DNA from: a virus
Taxonomy: Duplodnaviria > Caudoviricetes
Strand: one strand, 5' to 3'
IMG/VR virus record: IMGVR_UViG_3300021478_000028
Span: 116-64,115 of that record
Length of the DNA: 64,000 bases
The notes beneath the pieces are model-generated. The model was not told the DNA's origin and did not search any database. It was given only the letters and a program-made list of their open reading frames with translations. Each line of letters begins with the position of its first letter. Within the stretch, counting starts at the first letter, position 1. Shown in pieces: positions 1 through 8,709 of the stretch. Both the position numbers and the translations under genes were made by a program.

Positions 1-691
1 CCGTTGCTCCTGTTGCTCCCCCTGGCCCCGTGGCGCCAACACCGCCAACGCCCCCAGCTGTGCCCTGTGCTCCTGTTGCTCCTGTTGCTCCTATTGCTCC
101 CGTTGGTCCCCCTGGCCCCGTGGTTCCAGCAGCCCCTTGTGCCCCGGTGGGACCTGCGCTTCCAGGAGATCCCGGGCTTCCGGCCGTGCCTTGAGACCCC
201 GTGGGGCCTGTAGCGCCAACGCCGCCAGCCGCCCCCTGACCTCCAGTTGCACCCTGCCCCGTGGGGCCAGTAGGACCCGTAGCCCCAACCGCGCTTTGAC
301 CCGTCGGCCCCGTTGGCCCTCCTGCTGGTCCGGCCGCACCCGTCGGCCCAGTACCCCCGCTTCCGGTAGGCCCGGTCGCACCCGTAGGCCCGCTCCCGAT
401 AACGGTCGATGTCCCCGTCATCGGCACAGTGTAAAACTGAATGGTGTCCGTTTTGATCTGCGTATCAGAACTCGTTATCTGAATAACAACATCAAAAATA
501 TCACCATCCACACCGTCCTGCACAAAGAAAAATACCCGCGTCGTGCTGAATGAAACATTGCTGATGACAGCATTCGAGGACGACGCGGTAACGGTCGCGG
601 CAACAAGCCGCTGCCCCGTCTCCAGCCAGTCGGTGTAATCCACAATCCGCTGGCGAATGTCGTTGACGGTCAGCGGTTGGCGTCCGAGCAT
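1..691 (-). CDS. Collagen-like virion fibre protein, 5' part (runs off the window edge; not in the ORF track)
   Basis: GAGAGGA SD then ATG at 691: [26 protein letters not shown]..., followed by G-X-T repeats to position 1. N-terminal domain resembles that of 60149..61096. Confidence 0.85.
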   Translation of the reverse strand, partial: MLGRQPLTVNDIRQRIVDYTDWLETGQRLVAATVTASSSNAVISNVSFSTTRVFFFVQDGVDGDIFDVVIQITSSDTQIKTDTIQFYTVPMTGTSTVIGSGPTGATGPTGSGGTGPTGAAGPAGGPTGPTGQSAVGATGPTGPTGQGATGGQGAAGGVGATGPTGSQGTAGSPGSPGSAGPTGAQGAAGTTGPGGPTGAIGATGATGAQGTAGGVGGVGATGPGGATGAT

Positions 692-710
692 GGTCCTCTC
701 AGATAAAGAC

Positions 711-764
711 AGCGGGGGCGGCTAGACCCCCGCCAAGTTGGACGGGGATCGTCAGACCCCGTCT
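711..764 (-). terminator. Double hairpin after the major capsid gene (terminator or 3' stabiliser)
   Basis: Minus strand GACGGGG/CCCCGTC and GCGGGGG/CCCCCGC stems followed by TGTCTTTAT. Confidence 0.6.
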
Positions 765-779
765 AGGGAGGGCCTGGTA

Positions 780-1790
780 CTAGCTATTTGGAGTGACTAT
801 GGCTTGAACAAGTGCTTTACCATCAAGGATTTGGTAGCCATAGACCTGTAGCCCACGGAGGATTTGTCCGAAGACCATCTCACTTCTTAACGTTTCTACT
901 TTGGAGACTTGGCTGGCAAAAGTTAACCCATGAGCGTGGCCAGCGAAGATCGGCCACGAGCCGGCGTTGAAGTTGGCCGCGTCAGTGCTGTTGTTTGGCA
1001 GCAGGTTCGAGATGTAGATCGTGAAGCGATCGACCTCGCCCAGCCTTCCGTTGCGCAGCATCGAGACGGCGTCGCCGGACAGATAGGCCTGACGCAGTTC
1101 GCTTTGTTTGATCATGCGACCTGCCCAAGAGGGCATGACGACCCATCTGCCAACCTCGGGGACGTTGTATTCGTCCAGGCACTGGCCCATGCGCATAAGG
1201 ACATCGAGAATTTCGATGTCACCCGTGCCGGGGTTTTTCCCGACGACCGAGAGCGGCGTTGCCTTTACGCCGAGGTTGATGCTGCCGCTGATGATGCCGG
1301 CCGTGGCCCCTTGATTGCCGGCAGCCATGCCTCCGACGATGCCGTCGAGGACTTCGGTGTCTACGGTGATCTTTAATTGCTGGGCAGCATCATCGGACCA
1401 CATAGAGAGCAGGTTGAGGTCCGACTGCAACTCCATCACATCGTCGAGGACGAGCGAGAAATAATACCCGTTCCCAATGTACAACTCCACCGAACCGCCA
1501 ATCGGGCGGTCGAGACCGAGCAGGCCGTCAGCCTTGTACGGATGGATGCTGATCGTCGGCTTCGTGCGGATTTTCACACGATCGCCGTAGTTACGAATTT
1601 CGCCTTCGTAGTCTGTGTTGCTGATCGCGGCCAAAACGGTTGAGGCATAAAATTTCTCAACCAATTTTCCCGACCATATTTCAGGAATAAAGCCTGTGGA
1701 TTGCAGCAGGTTACCGGTGCTGCCTACCGGGTAGATAGCCGGGGTACTGCCTGACGTTGCGCCAGGAAAACCCGCACTCGGGATAGCCAT
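780..1790 (-). CDS. Major capsid protein (HK97 fold, P22-coat-like)
   Basis: 336 aa; FIPEIWSGKL, NTDYEGEI..GDRV.I and RGLQVYG motifs; lies downstream of scaffold and portal. Confidence 0.92.
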   Translation of the reverse strand: MAIPSAGFPGATSGSTPAIYPVGSTGNLLQSTGFIPEIWSGKLVEKFYASTVLAAISNTDYEGEIRNYGDRVKIRTKPTISIHPYKADGLLGLDRPIGGSVELYIGNGYYFSLVLDDVMELQSDLNLLSMWSDDAAQQLKITVDTEVLDGIVGGMAAGNQGATAGIISGSINLGVKATPLSVVGKNPGTGDIEILDVLMRMGQCLDEYNVPEVGRWVVMPSWAGRMIKQSELRQAYLSGDAVSMLRNGRLGEVDRFTIYISNLLPNNSTDAANFNAGSWPIFAGHAHGLTFASQVSKVETLRSEMVFGQILRGLQVYGYQILDGKALVQAIVTPNS

Positions 1791-1844
1791 GAGCGGCCCC
1801 TGTGTTTAGGGGCCGCCGCATTTCAGTGCGTGAGCGCCCCTGGG

Positions 1845-2834
1845 TTAACGGACGCGCCCTTCTCGACCTGCGGCAATGATGAGGGCCTCGTCGGCCATCT
1901 TTTGCTGTTCACGTCCGTTGTAGGCGCCACGGCGCACATCGGCATAGAACCGGTCTACCTGGGCACGAGTGAATACGGGTCCGTTGCCAGCGGGGGCTGG
2001 GGTACCTGCGGCTGGTCTGGCCCTGCCAGGGGTTGCTATCGATTCGAGAGTGATTGCGGCCTGCCGGTTGGGAGCGCTGGGCTGCGCCGGAGGCGGGGCA
2101 CTCTCGATCTGACCCGTGGCGGCTTCATCTTGGATGAAACCCTTGTAGAACGCGGCGACCCGCGGGGCATTTCCCGCATTGGCCGCCTCGGTCAACATCT
2201 GCTTCCGTAGCACTCCGGAATAAATGTCCGGTAAATTCAGCCACTGCATGAAACGGGGATCGGCATAAACCTGCCGCCAGGCGGGCACTTGGGAGTCGAG
2301 AAAGGAGGTCATGGTGCTGTGGCTTTGCTGTGCCACTATGTGGCGCAGGCGTTCGTTCTCCTGCTCCAAGGCGGACAATTTCGGGGTGATGGCCTGCTGT
2401 GCTGCTCGTTGGGTGAAATCGATCAGGTCGCGCCCGTAATTCTGTTCATCCTCCGGAGTAAGAAACGTGGGGGGCGCCTGTCCATTTGCCGGCACCCGCT
2501 GGCCTTGCAGCCGGATCAGCTCGTTGCCCATCTCGGTGAGCTGCCGTTGCAAGTCGCCGACGGTCTGCTGGTATCGTCCCTGCAGCCCATGGAACCTCCG
2601 TTCCCAGGTCTGCTCCTCCTCTTGCCGCGGGGCAGTCTGAGGCTGCGGTTCTGGTTGAGGTTCTTGTGGGGTTGGAGCAGCCGCGGCCTCTGGAGCTGGT
2701 TGCTCTGGCGGCGGTGTGTAGAAGGCCTCGGCACGCTCTGCGGCCTCTTGGACCTGCTTGGGAACCTTGACCGATTCATCGATCGGCAGCTTGGGGGTTG
2801 TCGGTGACTCCCTCTCCACTTCTATATTGGCCAT
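1845..2834 (-). CDS. Capsid scaffolding protein
   Basis: Pro/Glu-rich N-terminus, coiled coil, C-terminal AAGREGRVR; immediately upstream of the capsid gene; start at MANIEV. Confidence 0.8.
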   Translation of the reverse strand: MANIEVERESPTTPKLPIDESVKVPKQVQEAAERAEAFYTPPPEQPAPEAAAAPTPQEPQPEPQPQTAPRQEEEQTWERRFHGLQGRYQQTVGDLQRQLTEMGNELIRLQGQRVPANGQAPPTFLTPEDEQNYGRDLIDFTQRAAQQAITPKLSALEQENERLRHIVAQQSHSTMTSFLDSQVPAWRQVYADPRFMQWLNLPDIYSGVLRKQMLTEAANAGNAPRVAAFYKGFIQDEAATGQIESAPPPAQPSAPNRQAAITLESIATPGRARPAAGTPAPAGNGPVFTRAQVDRFYADVRRGAYNGREQQKMADEALIIAAGREGRVR

Positions 2835-3061
2835 CAGGTTCTCCTGTGTTTGTCGCACTCCTCCAGCACGCGCAGCATCACGCGCGCGGTGAGCGCCCGT
2901 CCTTGCATTCGCAGAACATCGTCGTTGCCCGCATCGGTAACATCGAGTGCAAGGTCCGCGACGTAGGCTCGAAGGGCCGCCAGGAATTCAGCAAACTGCT
3001 CAGGAGCTGCGTTTCGGAGGAACAGCGCTCTCTGGGTCAACTCGTTGGTCGATGCCGTCAT
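2834..3061 (-). CDS. Small head-module protein
   Basis: 75 aa helical protein, TGATG-coupled to the scaffold gene. Confidence 0.65.
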   Translation of the reverse strand: MTASTNELTQRALFLRNAAPEQFAEFLAALRAYVADLALDVTDAGNDDVLRMQGRALTARVMLRVLEECDKHRRT

Positions 3062-3254
3062 TGGCTGCTTGTTCACGCGCGAGCATGGCAAAAATGGCGA
3101 TCTCCGGCATGAGACTTAGCGCTGGGTTTGGCCGAGGCTGAAACCTCACACGGTCGCCAAGATTGAGCATTTTGTCTTCGTAGTCGATCTCACTGATAGC
3201 GGCGAGAACATTCAAATTGTAGAACCTGCGGCGTTTTGCTGGATTATTCTTCAT
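3000..3254 (-). CDS. Mini-protein homologous to major capsid residues 47-78
   Basis: FYNLNVLAAISEIDYEDKMLNLGDRVRFQPRP aligns ungapped to capsid FYASTVLAAISNTDYEGEIRNYGDRVKIRTKP (17/32 identical). Confidence 0.65.
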   Translation of the reverse strand: MKNNPAKRRRFYNLNVLAAISEIDYEDKMLNLGDRVRFQPRPNPALSLMPEIAIFAMLAREQAANDGIDQRVDPESAVPPKRSS

Positions 3255-3567
3255 CTGGTGGAACTCCAGGCATTGGCGCAGCACCGGGCATCCCCGCACC
3301 GGTGCCTGGACCCAGAGCGCTGGCAAGATCGCTCACGCTGGGCGCGCCCGCGGAAGGAGCGCCAATAGGGGGCGTCGCCTTGCCGTAATCGTTCATGGTC
3401 CGGTCCATGGGGTCACCCTCGGTCAGCTTGCTCAGGGCCTGCCGCGATGGCAGCGTCTCCTCGGTCGCGCCCTTGCCCTTGTGCATGGTGATCCCGTGCC
3501 CTGGCCGGCCACGGCGCTGCCCGCCGCCGCCGACCTTCAATGGGGTCATGTGCTTTTTGAAAGCCAT
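3244..3567 (-). CDS. Small disordered head-module protein
   Basis: 107 aa, in operon; has an NDYGK motif similar to NYGK in the neighbouring gene. Confidence 0.7.
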   Translation of the reverse strand: MAFKKHMTPLKVGGGGQRRGRPGHGITMHKGKGATEETLPSRQALSKLTEGDPMDRTMNDYGKATPPIGAPSAGAPSVSDLASALGPGTGAGMPGAAPMPGVPPDEE

Positions 3568-3569
3568 GG

Positions 3570-3761
3570 TCAGCCACCCAATATCTTGGGGATGAGAGGA
3601 CCGCCCTTAGGCATGGTTGGAGCTGCGGACATAGGGGTAATCCCCTTGCCGTAGTTCCGCGCCTCGATCGGCTTCATGCGCGGCGCCGCCATGATCGCCT
3701 TGTTGGGGTCCATCGGCTTTGGCGCGGGCACCGGCCTTGGCGGCTTCGGGAGTGCCATCAA
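3570..3761 (-). CDS. Small Pro/Lys-rich protein
   Basis: 63 aa, coupled to its neighbours. Confidence 0.6.
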   Translation of the reverse strand: MMALPKPPRPVPAPKPMDPNKAIMAAPRMKPIEARNYGKGITPMSAAPTMPKGGPLIPKILGG

Positions 3762-3979
3762 CGCGCGCCTGTCTGTCCAGATTTCGCGGGCTGGGAGCCA
3801 GTGAACCCGAACATTTTGCCGGAGCCCCCGGTTGCAAACTTTCCACCGCTGCCGCTGGTATCGTGCCCGGTCTCGCCCTCCTCCTGCTCGGCCGCATACT
3901 GCTGCGGGAACATCTTGGTATTTCCGCCCTTGGCGAACGTCACATCGTGCTCAGACTTTTCCTTTGTCATCTTCGCCAT
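3758..3979 (-). CDS. Small virion-associated protein with FAKGG/FATGG motifs
   Basis: 73 aa, AAGGAG SD, first gene after the CtrA-type promoter. Confidence 0.7.
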   Translation of the reverse strand: MAKMTKEKSEHDVTFAKGGNTKMFPQQYAAEQEEGETGHDTSGSGGKFATGGSGKMFGFTGSQPAKSGQTGAR

Positions 3980-4005
3980 CGCGCTTCTCCTTCATTTTCG
4001 GCCAC

Positions 4006-4037
4006 AGGATACGGCCAAGGAGTTAATAGCACATTAA
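4006..4037 (-). promoter_or_regulatory. CtrA-type late promoter (scaffold/capsid operon)
   Basis: TTAA-N7-TTAA at 4023-4037, 11 nt, then TATCCT at 4011-4006. Confidence 0.8.
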
Positions 4038-4801
4038 GGCCGCTGGCTTTCCTTCCACGCCTTGGACAAGTTCTCATAGCTGTCCACCGCACAGATCGTG
4101 CGCTGGTTTTCGGTAGCCCACGGCCACCGCGGCACCTGCGCGCCGGGGTACTGCGTCATGAAATAGATGAACGGAACCCGGCTGAACATGGCCATTGCCA
4201 CCGGGCCGTTCGACACGAAGAAGTTCATTTTGGCGCACTGGTACAGCCCCATCCTCACATCCAATTTGAGCGAGGCGTCTGGGCAAACGAGAAAATCTTC
4301 GAGTGGTTCTCTGGCCTTGGCTGTATCGCGCACGAAAATCACCCGCTCGCCCTTGCTGCACAGATCGACTGCAAACTTTTTCCATTCCCGCAGGTTGCTG
4401 TTGCGATGCGGCCAATACAGGACTTCCCGCAACGTGATAACTACCGGCGACTGTCCGACAGGTACTCCAATGTGGTCTACATGCAGTCGCGGCACCTCCT
4501 CGCCCCACCTGGCCGCTGCCGCGATCTCATTCAGGAAAAGTTCAACCGACAAGAATAGCGGCTTGAATGGCAATTCGCCATTCTCGCTCTCGTCCTCCAC
4601 GGCGTCGATCATGGGCAGCAGTGGACGAAATACGTTGTTGAGCCACGCTTCCGCCTTTGCGCTATCGACATTTATGAACCTAATCCGCAACGGTGCGGGC
4701 GCCTTATGCCGCTGCCTGGCCATTTCCGCATGGATCAGCCAAATCAAAAACTCGAAGCTCAGGGGATTCGTGGCGAGGTCGTACTCGAAAAGGTTATTCA
4801 T
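4034..4801 (-). CDS. Putative GT-B (GT9-like) glycosyltransferase
   Basis: HRNSNL..W and AKMNFFVSNGP..MA motifs; start MNNLFEY coupled by TGATG. Confidence 0.55.
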   Translation of the reverse strand: MNNLFEYDLATNPLSFEFLIWLIHAEMARQRHKAPAPLRIRFINVDSAKAEAWLNNVFRPLLPMIDAVEDESENGELPFKPLFLSVELFLNEIAAAARWGEEVPRLHVDHIGVPVGQSPVVITLREVLYWPHRNSNLREWKKFAVDLCSKGERVIFVRDTAKAREPLEDFLVCPDASLKLDVRMGLYQCAKMNFFVSNGPVAMAMFSRVPFIYFMTQYPGAQVPRWPWATENQRTICAVDSYENLSKAWKESQRP

Positions 4802-5472
4802 CAACGAATGTCGGCATATTCCAGTTTTCGGTAATTCGTGAACAGCGAAGCATCGTGATTCGCCCGATACCAGAACAGAGGCGGTCCCATCCCTCGCTGC
4901 TCCATGCGGGCGAGGGTGTTGACTTCCCAAGAGACGTTATTCGTCTCTCGCAAATGCCGTTTATAATCCTGTTTCATTGCCGTATCGAGCGCGACAACAT
5001 GCGCTCGCGGCACGACCCAGACACCTCCAGCAAAGCGCCAGCACGGCCATTCATCGCGATATTCATAATCCCGCTCCCAGGAGCCAGGGAGGGTTACTGC
5101 ACGCTCGCCGGCGGCCCGCTTCATGAAGTCCCGGATGATCCTGCCGGTCACGCCGCGAAGATGAAAAATCCCGACATCCAGCCACACCAGGACCTCGGCG
5201 AGGTGGGCAACCGTCGTGAGCCATTCCGACTTCTGAGCTTGCACGCAGTGATAGGCCACAGAGTTTTTGGCAGGGTTCTCTGCTACCGAATGCGTGAATG
5301 TCTTTCCGCGCTCCCGCAGGTACCTGTAGAGCCAGCAACCTTCCAACTCGCCCTCCAGGCAAACCAGTGGAATATCGGTTTCCAACAATCGCACAAGCAA
5401 ATCCCGGTATTGCTCGGGCGTGCGTGGATGCCCCGGGATTGGAACGTAAGCGGTTACAGCAACGATTTTCAT
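4801..5472 (-). CDS. HtrL/WlaTC-like glycosyltransferase
   Basis: N-terminal VTAY, WLDVGIFH and WRFAGG motifs. Confidence 0.6.
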   Translation of the reverse strand: MKIVAVTAYVPIPGHPRTPEQYRDLLVRLLETDIPLVCLEGELEGCWLYRYLRERGKTFTHSVAENPAKNSVAYHCVQAQKSEWLTTVAHLAEVLVWLDVGIFHLRGVTGRIIRDFMKRAAGERAVTLPGSWERDYEYRDEWPCWRFAGGVWVVPRAHVVALDTAMKQDYKRHLRETNNVSWEVNTLARMEQRGMGPPLFWYRANHDASLFTNYRKLEYADIR

Positions 5473-5630
5473 TTCTCATCGAGAGGCTTCGACGCTTCGA
5501 CAATTTTATACCCGGCAACCTCCAAATCATGCAGCACGGCATAGGCAAGACCAGTGGCGTCCACCAAATTTGGGGCGGCCCAATCTCTAAGTGCCTGCTC
5601 AACTCGCTCTCGAATTGTCATCGGTGTCAT
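5469..5630 (-). CDS. Small hypothetical protein (53 aa)
   Basis: MTPMTIRERVEQ..., ATGA overlaps at both ends. Confidence 0.5.
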   Translation of the reverse strand: MTPMTIRERVEQALRDWAAPNLVDATGLAYAVLHDLEVAGYKIVEASKPLDEK

Positions 5631-7588
5631 CCGTCTAGAAACTTCGCGACTTCGTCAGAGAAAAGCCTGGCTATCCTGGCCTCACAGTCACGCACCCCGT
5701 AGGAGACTACCAACGAGCCGTCCATTGCTCTAGCCAGACCCATCGCATACTCGATCTGGCGATCGTGGAAAACAAATGGCCTGGAGAGCGCAGTCAGTTT
5801 GCCATGCAGGTCGATAACAGCGAATCGGTGCGAATAGTATCGCTTTCCGTTCCATGGATTAGGCCGCGCCTCGTGCACCAGGCCGAGCCAGCCGGACTCG
5901 AACGGAATGAATTGCGTTCCCCCGCCGATGTGGTTGGTAGCAAGCTTGGGAACTTCCTCAAGGACCTTCTGGCCTTCGGCATCGATTATGGTGCCCAGCC
6001 GATAGACCCATTTCGCGCCCCTCCACGGCGCCCAGCTCTTCTCATGCTGTTTCTGCCAGCTCGGGATGACCTTCCACCAATCGGCGATGCGGTTACCCAC
6101 AAGCTGGCCGACAATTTGTTCACACCACCCTTCCGGGTTCATCTCGCGCACGCAGGATGAGAACCAGATGCCGCTCCCGCTGGGAAACAAGCGCATGTCC
6201 TCGAAACCGCGCACGGCACCCCATTGCGGAGCAGGCATGTTGATGGGGTCGTGGATCTCCAGTTGCGATAGCCACGCCATATCCTTGGACAACCGCACCA
6301 GAAAATTACGAGTTACGATGGGATTGTCCGGGCCTAACTCGGCGTTGCCGTGGATGGCGTAGTGCCCGCTCTCGGTGATCTCATAGTTCACCGTGCGCAC
6401 GATCGCGATGAAGCCGTCCCCGTCGCGCGCGATGGTTGGATTCATCGCCTTCCAGTCGTCATTGACATCGAACGGGAGCGGCTGCGAGGAGAAGCGCATA
6501 TACTCCGACAACGGCCGCAGATAGTGGAACAGGTTGGTGCGCGCCTGCTCGCGGGTAACCTCAGGAGCCTCACGATCGAGCGCCAGGGCATCGCATTCAC
6601 GGAAGGCCTCCGCCCGGGTTTCCGGCTGATAGAAGCCGGAGATCGAAAGCTCCTCGCGCAGCCCAAACCGGTAAACGAAGTCGGAAACGAACAGCGCATC
6701 CTTACTGTACGGAATTTTCATTCCCGCCAGCGTAAAATGCGTGGCCAGCATATGATTGCCTTGCTCACGGAAGTACTTAGCCAGATCATAGAGCGTCTCG
6801 GCGCGCGATGGCCGCAGGTTCCAGGCCAAAAGCATCTGGTGGACGAACTTGGATTCGTCTCCCAGGCTCAAGACGCAGAAGGCATAATTGTAGAGCGCAT
6901 TCCACCTCTCCTGGTCCCAGCCACCGAGTTCCACGCACCGGGCATAGGCTTTGGCTGCATTCTCCCAGTCGCCGGAATCGCGATAGGACTGACCAAGGTA
7001 AAACCAGTAGCGTGTATTGTTAGGCTCGGTCTCCAGCACTTCGCGCAGCAACTTGATATCGCGTTCGAACTTTCCTGGCCGGTTGGCCCCGTCGGCATGA
7101 TCGATGAAATACGGCCCCTCTAAAGCCTCAGATTGACTTTCGTCCAGATATTCATGCACCGGACTCAGGTATCGTGCTTTTGATTTACGATTTAACAGGC
7201 GCCGGTTCCAGTAATGGAGTCCGCCGGCTCGCTGCTGCATATCGTAAGACGCCACCCCTCTGGCAATACTTCGCTCAAAGGCATCCCGATCGGGAACCAC
7301 CAATTCCATATCGGCATCTGATAAAACCAAGTAGTCGAATCCCAGACGAGATTCACGCGCAAGATCGAGAGCAGCATTCCTGGATTGGGCAAAATCATGA
7401 AAGGCCACATGGCCCACCTCTAATGGCTTGTTGGCACCGTCGAAGCAACGCTGAATAATGCGGACGGTGTCGTCCGTTGAACCCGTATCCGCCACTATGC
7501 CACAATCGATATACGGCAGCAGGCTTTTTACGCACCGCTCTATAATCGCGCTTTCATTTTTAACTATGGCGTTCCAGGCGAGCTTCAC
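5627..7588 (-). CDS. GT2 glycosyltransferase + TPR + C-terminal beta-propeller (glycoside hydrolase-like)
   Basis: IVKNES, DTGSTD, DAD and VHE motifs; TPR helices; C-terminal GFEDMRL, EKSW and VSYGVRD motifs. Confidence 0.85.
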   Translation of the reverse strand: MKLAWNAIVKNESAIIERCVKSLLPYIDCGIVADTGSTDDTVRIIQRCFDGANKPLEVGHVAFHDFAQSRNAALDLARESRLGFDYLVLSDADMELVVPDRDAFERSIARGVASYDMQQRAGGLHYWNRRLLNRKSKARYLSPVHEYLDESQSEALEGPYFIDHADGANRPGKFERDIKLLREVLETEPNNTRYWFYLGQSYRDSGDWENAAKAYARCVELGGWDQERWNALYNYAFCVLSLGDESKFVHQMLLAWNLRPSRAETLYDLAKYFREQGNHMLATHFTLAGMKIPYSKDALFVSDFVYRFGLREELSISGFYQPETRAEAFRECDALALDREAPEVTREQARTNLFHYLRPLSEYMRFSSQPLPFDVNDDWKAMNPTIARDGDGFIAIVRTVNYEITESGHYAIHGNAELGPDNPIVTRNFLVRLSKDMAWLSQLEIHDPINMPAPQWGAVRGFEDMRLFPSGSGIWFSSCVREMNPEGWCEQIVGQLVGNRIADWWKVIPSWQKQHEKSWAPWRGAKWVYRLGTIIDAEGQKVLEEVPKLATNHIGGGTQFIPFESGWLGLVHEARPNPWNGKRYYSHRFAVIDLHGKLTALSRPFVFHDRQIEYAMGLARAMDGSLVVSYGVRDCEARIARLFSDEVAKFLDG

Positions 7589-7597
7589 TGTCCCTCC

Positions 7598-8191
7598 TTA
7601 TCGCGACCCCGCCAACAGAACTTCACCTACGTTACAGCCACCACACTCACAATGGGCGCGGCCAAGGCCAAACCCCACAGGGAGAGCCGCCCATGTGCCC
7701 CAATTGATTTTCTCGGTGATCTTCTCCGGCCTGCAATCGAAGAGGATGTCCTCTATAAAATAAATCCCCTCCGGCGCAAGATATTTTTCCAGAAAGTTGG
7801 CGGTGAAAATCTGATGGTCGGCAACATGCGAACCGTCGTCCACGATGATATCGAATTTCTGCTTCAATGGTTTCAGTGCTCGGTCGAGCATATCTCCGCT
7901 CGCCTGATCAGCAAAAAAGCATCTGATGCGCCCCTCGTTGATTAGGCATGCCGGATTGTTGTCCAGGCCGACGATATTCGCGGATGAGAAGTATTCCTCC
8001 CACATCCGCAGCGAGCAGCCATGGCCTACTCCGATTTCAAGAATATACTTGATCGCATATCGCTTGTCGCAGAATAGCTTATCGTAGACTTCCGTGTACC
8101 GATGACAGGTATCGCCCGCCTTCAGGTGATTGCCGCCTTTATCACTACCGTATTTGCGCGCGAGTCGGCAGAGTTCTGTTTCCCCGCTCAC
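7598..8191 (-). CDS. Class I SAM-dependent methyltransferase (sugar O-methyltransferase-like)
   Basis: ILEIGV..G.SL..W, DIIVDDGSH and YFIEDI motifs. Confidence 0.85.
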   Translation of the reverse strand: MSGETELCRLARKYGSDKGGNHLKAGDTCHRYTEVYDKLFCDKRYAIKYILEIGVGHGCSLRMWEEYFSSANIVGLDNNPACLINEGRIRCFFADQASGDMLDRALKPLKQKFDIIVDDGSHVADHQIFTANFLEKYLAPEGIYFIEDILFDCRPEKITEKINWGTWAALPVGFGLGRAHCECGGCNVGEVLLAGSR

Positions 8192-8478
8192 GGCTTCAGC
8201 ACGTTCAGCGCCGTGGACATCGACTTGAGTATGACGGGAACGCGCTGATCATCGATGTTCTTCAGGACAGGCACTGACGCTCCGGACACGCCGCGACCAT
8301 TGATGATGGAGGTATAGGACCTCAGTATCGGCACCACCGATTCCTTATCCACACTCTTGTACTGCTTGAACCCGGTTGCTCCGGTGACGCCGGCGATGGT
8401 CGTCATGTACGCGCCCATGGTGACGATGGCGCCTGGGGCGGCGTGCTTGGGCGTGTTGAGATAGACCTTGGTTGCCAT
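8188..8478 (-). CDS. Hypothetical late protein
   Basis: AAGGAGG SD, MATKVYLN, 96 aa. Confidence 0.6.
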   Translation of the reverse strand: MATKVYLNTPKHAAPGAIVTMGAYMTTIAGVTGATGFKQYKSVDKESVVPILRSYTSIINGRGVSGASVPVLKNIDDQRVPVILKSMSTALNVLKP

Positions 8479-8489
8479 CGATGCCTCCT

Positions 8490-8693
8490 TCATGTTGGCC
8501 CGGAGTAACCGGCGATGTGGATGGTCTTGAGGCCCGCTATGGTGCCCCCACTCGCCTGATAGGTTGGGACGGTATGGCCGGCCGAGGCCGCAGTAACTTG
8601 GGCGTGGGACTTCACGGAAGCGGTCTTCGTCGTGACGATGTTCACGGTCGGCTGATTCTTCCGGTTTGCGTTGGCGACGATGGCGCACGTCAT
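8490..8693 (-). CDS. Hypothetical late protein
   Basis: GGAG SD, 67 aa, directly after the portal gene. Confidence 0.55.
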   Translation of the reverse strand: MTCAIVANANRKNQPTVNIVTTKTASVKSHAQVTAASAGHTVPTYQASGGTIAGLKTIHIAGYSGPT

Positions 8694-8709
8694 TTGTTTT
8701 TACTCCATT

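Noticed and set aside
1-50. Exact terminal direct repeat with the window end
   Set aside because: The match has mismatches and is explained by internal collagen repeat units.
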